Program-made: the position numbers and the translations under genes
The notes under the pieces: model-generated
The model's database searches: none
Told to the model about the DNA's origin: nothing
Seen by the model: the letters and a program-made list of their open reading frames with translations, nothing else
Shown here: one piece after another, positions 60,913 through 64,000 of the stretch
How positions within the stretch are numbered: the stretch's first letter is position 1
Layout of the letters: every line of letters begins with the position of its first letter
Source: an uncultured bacterium
GTDB taxonomy: Bacteria; Edwardsbacteria; AC1; EtOH8
Direction of reading: 5' to 3'
Length of the DNA: 64,000 nt
NCBI GenBank assembly: GCA_963780225.1
Contig: CAWAAX010000026.1
Span: forward strand, 160,001 to 224,000

Positions 60913-61884
60913 ATGCTGGCTGATCAATACGGAAGAAAGATAAATTATCTGCGGGTCTCGGTCACCGACCGCTGCAACCTGCGCTGCCGCTACTGCATGC
61001 CGCCGGAGGGCGTGCCGCTGAAGGAGCATTCGGAGCTTTTGACCTTCGAGGAGATAGAGACCATCGTCCGGGCCGGGGCGGAGCTGGGCATCGAGAAGGT
61101 GCGGCTGACCGGCGGCGAGCCCCTGCTGCGCAAGGGTTTTTTGGACCTGGTGAAAAAACTGTCGGCCATCCCGGGCATCAAGGACCTGGTCCTGACCACA
61201 AACGGGGTGCTGCTGGGCCCCATGGCCAAAGATCTGAAGAACGCCGGCATCCTGCGGGTGAACGTCAGCCTGGACACTCTGAAGCCCGAGCGCTTCAAAC
61301 AGATGACCGGCAGTGATGACTGGCAGAAGGCTTATGACGGGATATTGGCCGCGCTGGGCGCGAGTTTTCAGCAGGTCAAACTGAACGTGGTGGCCATCGC
61401 CGGGTACAACCAAGACGAGATCGCAGATTTCGTAACCTTCGTCAAGGACAAGCCCATCGGGCTGCGTTTCATCGAATTCATGCCGGTGGGCAACGCCTTT
61501 TGGGAAAGTTCCAAAATGCTGGGCACAGAAGAGATAAAGAAGCTTATAGCTGAAAGCGTAAAGCTTGTCCCAGTGAATAACAAAAACAGCATAGCCGACG
61601 AGTATCAGATCGAAAACAGTCCGGCCACGGTGGGTTTCATCTCGCCGCTCTCCGATAAATTCTGCAAAAAGTGCAACCGTTTGCGGCTGACCTCGGACGG
61701 GTTCCTCAAACCCTGCCTGGCCACCAAGACCGAGGTCAACATCCGGGTTCCGGTACGGAGCGGGATGGCCGGGACCGAGCTACGGCGGGTGTTCTACGAG
61801 GCTCTCCGTTTGAAGCCGTCCTGCCACAAGATGGACCAGGGAGGCGTGGACATTGCGCGGCACATGGCGGAAGTGGGGGGGTGA
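60913..61884 (+). CDS. moaA: GTP 3',8-cyclase
   Basis: YLRVSVTDRCNLRCRYC, FCKKCNRLR and a terminal GG. Confidence 0.96.
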   Translation: MLADQYGRKINYLRVSVTDRCNLRCRYCMPPEGVPLKEHSELLTFEEIETIVRAGAELGIEKVRLTGGEPLLRKGFLDLVKKLSAIPGIKDLVLTTNGVLLGPMAKDLKNAGILRVNVSLDTLKPERFKQMTGSDDWQKAYDGILAALGASFQQVKLNVVAIAGYNQDEIADFVTFVKDKPIGLRFIEFMPVGNAFWESSKMLGTEEIKKLIAESVKLVPVNNKNSIADEYQIENSPATVGFISPLSDKFCKKCNRLRLTSDGFLKPCLATKTEVNIRVPVRSGMAGTELRRVFYEALRLKPSCHKMDQGGVDIARHMAEVGG

Positions 61885-61889
61885 ACTAA

Positions 61890-62393
61890 ATGCAGAAGGC
61901 AAAAGGCAGAATTAAAAATTCAGGGAAATTGTCCCATGTAAATGCCAAGGGCCAGGCCCGGATGGTCGATGTCACAGAAAAGGCCAAGACTGACCGGATG
62001 GCCCGGGCCTGCGGACAGGTCAAAATGAAACCGGCCACTTTGCAGCTTATCGCCAAGAACCAGCTGGCCAAGGGCGACGTGCTGGGCGTGGCCAGGATCG
62101 CGGGCATCCAGGCGGCCAAGCGGGCCTTTGAGTTCATTCCTTTATGCCATCCCATTGCGCTGACCCATATCGAAGTGGATTGCCGGATTAACAAGAAAAG
62201 ATCGTTGGTCGAGGTCACCAGCACGGTGCGCTGCGCCGACCGGACCGGGGCCGAGATGGAGGCCCTGAGCGCGGTGGCCGCGGCCTGCCTGACCATCTAC
62301 GACATGGCCAAGGCGGTGGAAAAGGGGATGGTGATCGGAGAGATCAGGCTGGTGGAGAAACAAGGGGGAAAATCGGGGCGCTGGGTGCGGTGA
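61890..62393 (+). CDS. moaC: Cyclic pyranopterin monophosphate synthase
   Basis: MVDV, IPLCHP, EMEAL and TIYDM.K. Confidence 0.96.
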   Translation: MQKAKGRIKNSGKLSHVNAKGQARMVDVTEKAKTDRMARACGQVKMKPATLQLIAKNQLAKGDVLGVARIAGIQAAKRAFEFIPLCHPIALTHIEVDCRINKKRSLVEVTSTVRCADRTGAEMEALSAVAAACLTIYDMAKAVEKGMVIGEIRLVEKQGGKSGRWVR

Positions 62394-62472
62394 ACTAAAG
62401 TCCCCTCTGGCAAGAGGGGATTAGGGCCTGCACTGAGTAGTACTTGTATGATGCTTACGAAGCGGTGTATCC

Positions 62473-62853
62473 ATGAAGGTGTATTACAACTCCAAACTAA
62501 AAGAGAGAGCCCGCCAGCTTCGCAACCACAGCACCAGGGCCGAGATCCGTCTTTGGCTGCATATCAAAGGTAAAAAGGTGATGGGCTGCGACTTCCATCG
62601 CCAAAAGCCGATTGGTAATTATATAGCAGATTTTTATAGTCCCAAGGTGCAATTGGTGATTGAAGTGGATGGGTACACCCACACCTTTGAAGAGGTCATT
62701 AAAAAGGATCATAAAAAACAGGGTTATCTTGAGGATCTGGGCATAACGGTTCTGCGGTTCAAGGATGAAGAAGTGATAGAGGATATCGATTCGGTATTGA
62801 AAAGGATCGAGAAGCATATACTGGAATACACCACTGGTTCCCCTCAGGGATGA
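62473..62853 (+). CDS. DUF559 / Vsr-like endonuclease
   Basis: ARQLRNHST.AE..LW, FHRQKPIGNYIADFY and IEVDG..H. Confidence 0.93.
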   Translation: MKVYYNSKLKERARQLRNHSTRAEIRLWLHIKGKKVMGCDFHRQKPIGNYIADFYSPKVQLVIEVDGYTHTFEEVIKKDHKKQGYLEDLGITVLRFKDEEVIEDIDSVLKRIEKHILEYTTGSPQG

Positions 62854-62954
62854 GGTCTGACACACCCCTCGTTCCCACGGGATTAGGCCTACACACCCAT
62901 AGTTCCCACGGGATCAGGTCTACACACCCCTCGTTCCCCTCTTTTTAGAGGGGA
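62837..62954. repeat. About 31-bp tandem repeats ending in a REP-like hairpin
   Basis: GTTCCC..GGGAT.AGG.CT(G)ACACACCC units at 62837, 62871 and 62902, with the final unit at 62933. Confidence 0.88.
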
Positions 62955-62971
62955 TGATTGTGCAAAGTAAT

Positions 62972-63409
62972 ATGGGTAAAATAGTTTCCATAAACATCAG
63001 CCAGAGCAAGGGCGAAAAGAAGACCAGCGTTCAGTCCGCTATGCTCAAAGAGAACCACGGCATCGTGGGCGACGCCCATGCCGGGGACTGGCACCGCCAG
63101 GTCAGCCTTTTGGCCACAGAGAGCGTGGACCAGATGCGGGGCAAGGGGGTTGAGCTGCACCCAGGGGATTTTGCCGAGAACCTCACTATAGAGAATATAC
63201 AATTAAGTAAATTGAAAATCGGGCAAAGGTTGTTGGTTGGGTCCGAGATCATTTTGGAGATCACCCAGATCGGCAAGGAGTGCCACAACGACTGCGCCAT
63301 AAAAAAGCAGGTGGGCGACTGCGTGATGCCGAGGGAGGGCGTGTTTGCGAAGGTCATAAAAGGCGGGGAGATCAAAACCGGAGACAATATAACAATTGAA
63401 GCTCCATGA
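62972..63409 (+). CDS. MOSC domain protein
   Basis: GDAHAG.WHRQVSLL, GDFAENL, QIGKECH and CVMPREG. Confidence 0.92.
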   Translation: MGKIVSINISQSKGEKKTSVQSAMLKENHGIVGDAHAGDWHRQVSLLATESVDQMRGKGVELHPGDFAENLTIENIQLSKLKIGQRLLVGSEIILEITQIGKECHNDCAIKKQVGDCVMPREGVFAKVIKGGEIKTGDNITIEAP

Positions 63410-64000
63410 ACGGGAAAAATATGATCGATGACATAGGCGACATTGCCGCTTTTTATAATAACAATCCGGATGCCGAGCACTTTCGTTTGGATCGGCACCA
63501 ACTTGAATTTGATCTTACCCTTCGATATTTGAAAAAATATTTGCCGCCGAAAGGCTCTATCTTGGAGATTGGAGCGGCTACCGGAAGGTATACCATTGAA
63601 CTGGCCAGGCGGGGTTACGACATTACCGCCGTGGACATATCAGAAAAATTGTTTGATAGATGCCGTGTGCTCCTTCAGTCCGAAGGCCTGGAACATAAAG
63701 TGAAATTCATGGTTGCCGATGCCCGGGACCTGGGCCTGGTCTCTAAAAATGATTTTGATGCCGTTCTGATGATGGGCCCGCTTTACCATTTGGTCTACGA
63801 AAACGACAGAAAACAGGCATTAAATGAGGCTTTTACCCGCCTGGGAAAAGACGGCCTTATTTTTTCCACCTTCATCAGCCGCTATGGCATTTTTGGCGAG
63901 TTGATGAAAAATGTACCGGAGTGGATCGAAAAAGAATCCGAGGTAAGATCGCTGCTGGAGCTTGGCCGTGACCCGGAGCATTATCCCAAAGGAAATTTTC
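63406..64000 (+). CDS. Class I SAM-dependent methyltransferase, 3' partial
   Basis: ATGA overlap with the MOSC stop codon. ILEIGAATGRY and MGPLYHL. Runs off the window end. Confidence 0.88.
   Translation, partial: MNGKNMIDDIGDIAAFYNNNPDAEHFRLDRHQLEFDLTLRYLKKYLPPKGSILEIGAATGRYTIELARRGYDITAVDISEKLFDRCRVLLQSEGLEHKVKFMVADARDLGLVSKNDFDAVLMMGPLYHLVYENDRKQALNEAFTRLGKDGLIFSTFISRYGIFGELMKNVPEWIEKESEVRSLLELGRDPEHYPKGNF

Noticed and set aside
62837..62954. Mini-CRISPR (GTTCCC starts)
   Set aside because: The units are contiguous tandem variants without spacers and end in a REP hairpin.

Overview
Bacterial chromosomal window with GC-rich core genes and AT-rich inserts. The secreted proteins with FlgD-Ig/T9SS-like C-termini suggest an FCB-related anaerobe such as TA06/Edwardsbacteria (inference). 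Housekeeping content: HIT, mnmA, AsmA, tRNA-Glu, mscL, tRNA-Gln, PhoH, a NuoE/NuoF/GltD-NuoG trio resembling the electron-bifurcating transhydrogenase StnABC, nadE, a Bat/MoxR operon, polA, coaE, prfB (programmed +1 frameshift), asnS, panBCD, GlmU-N, rsfS, argS, purM, thiF/thiS, moaA/moaC/MOSC. The most unusual locus is 7548-8430. A small GIY-YIG nuclease gene sits between two copies of the tRNA-Gln 5' part and is followed by repeated tRNA 3' ends. Every defective T-loop is split at the same point (GTTC^GAATCC) by 37-40 bp units with conserved palindromic ends and unique cores, giving an array-like layout. Three other small nuclease genes (two DUF559, one GxxExxY) are each bounded by their own inverted repeats. 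Solo, nested and variable-core copies of these repeats are scattered through the window, and I see no transposase or integrase. Six frameshifts in the first 14 kb are probably sequencing or assembly errors.
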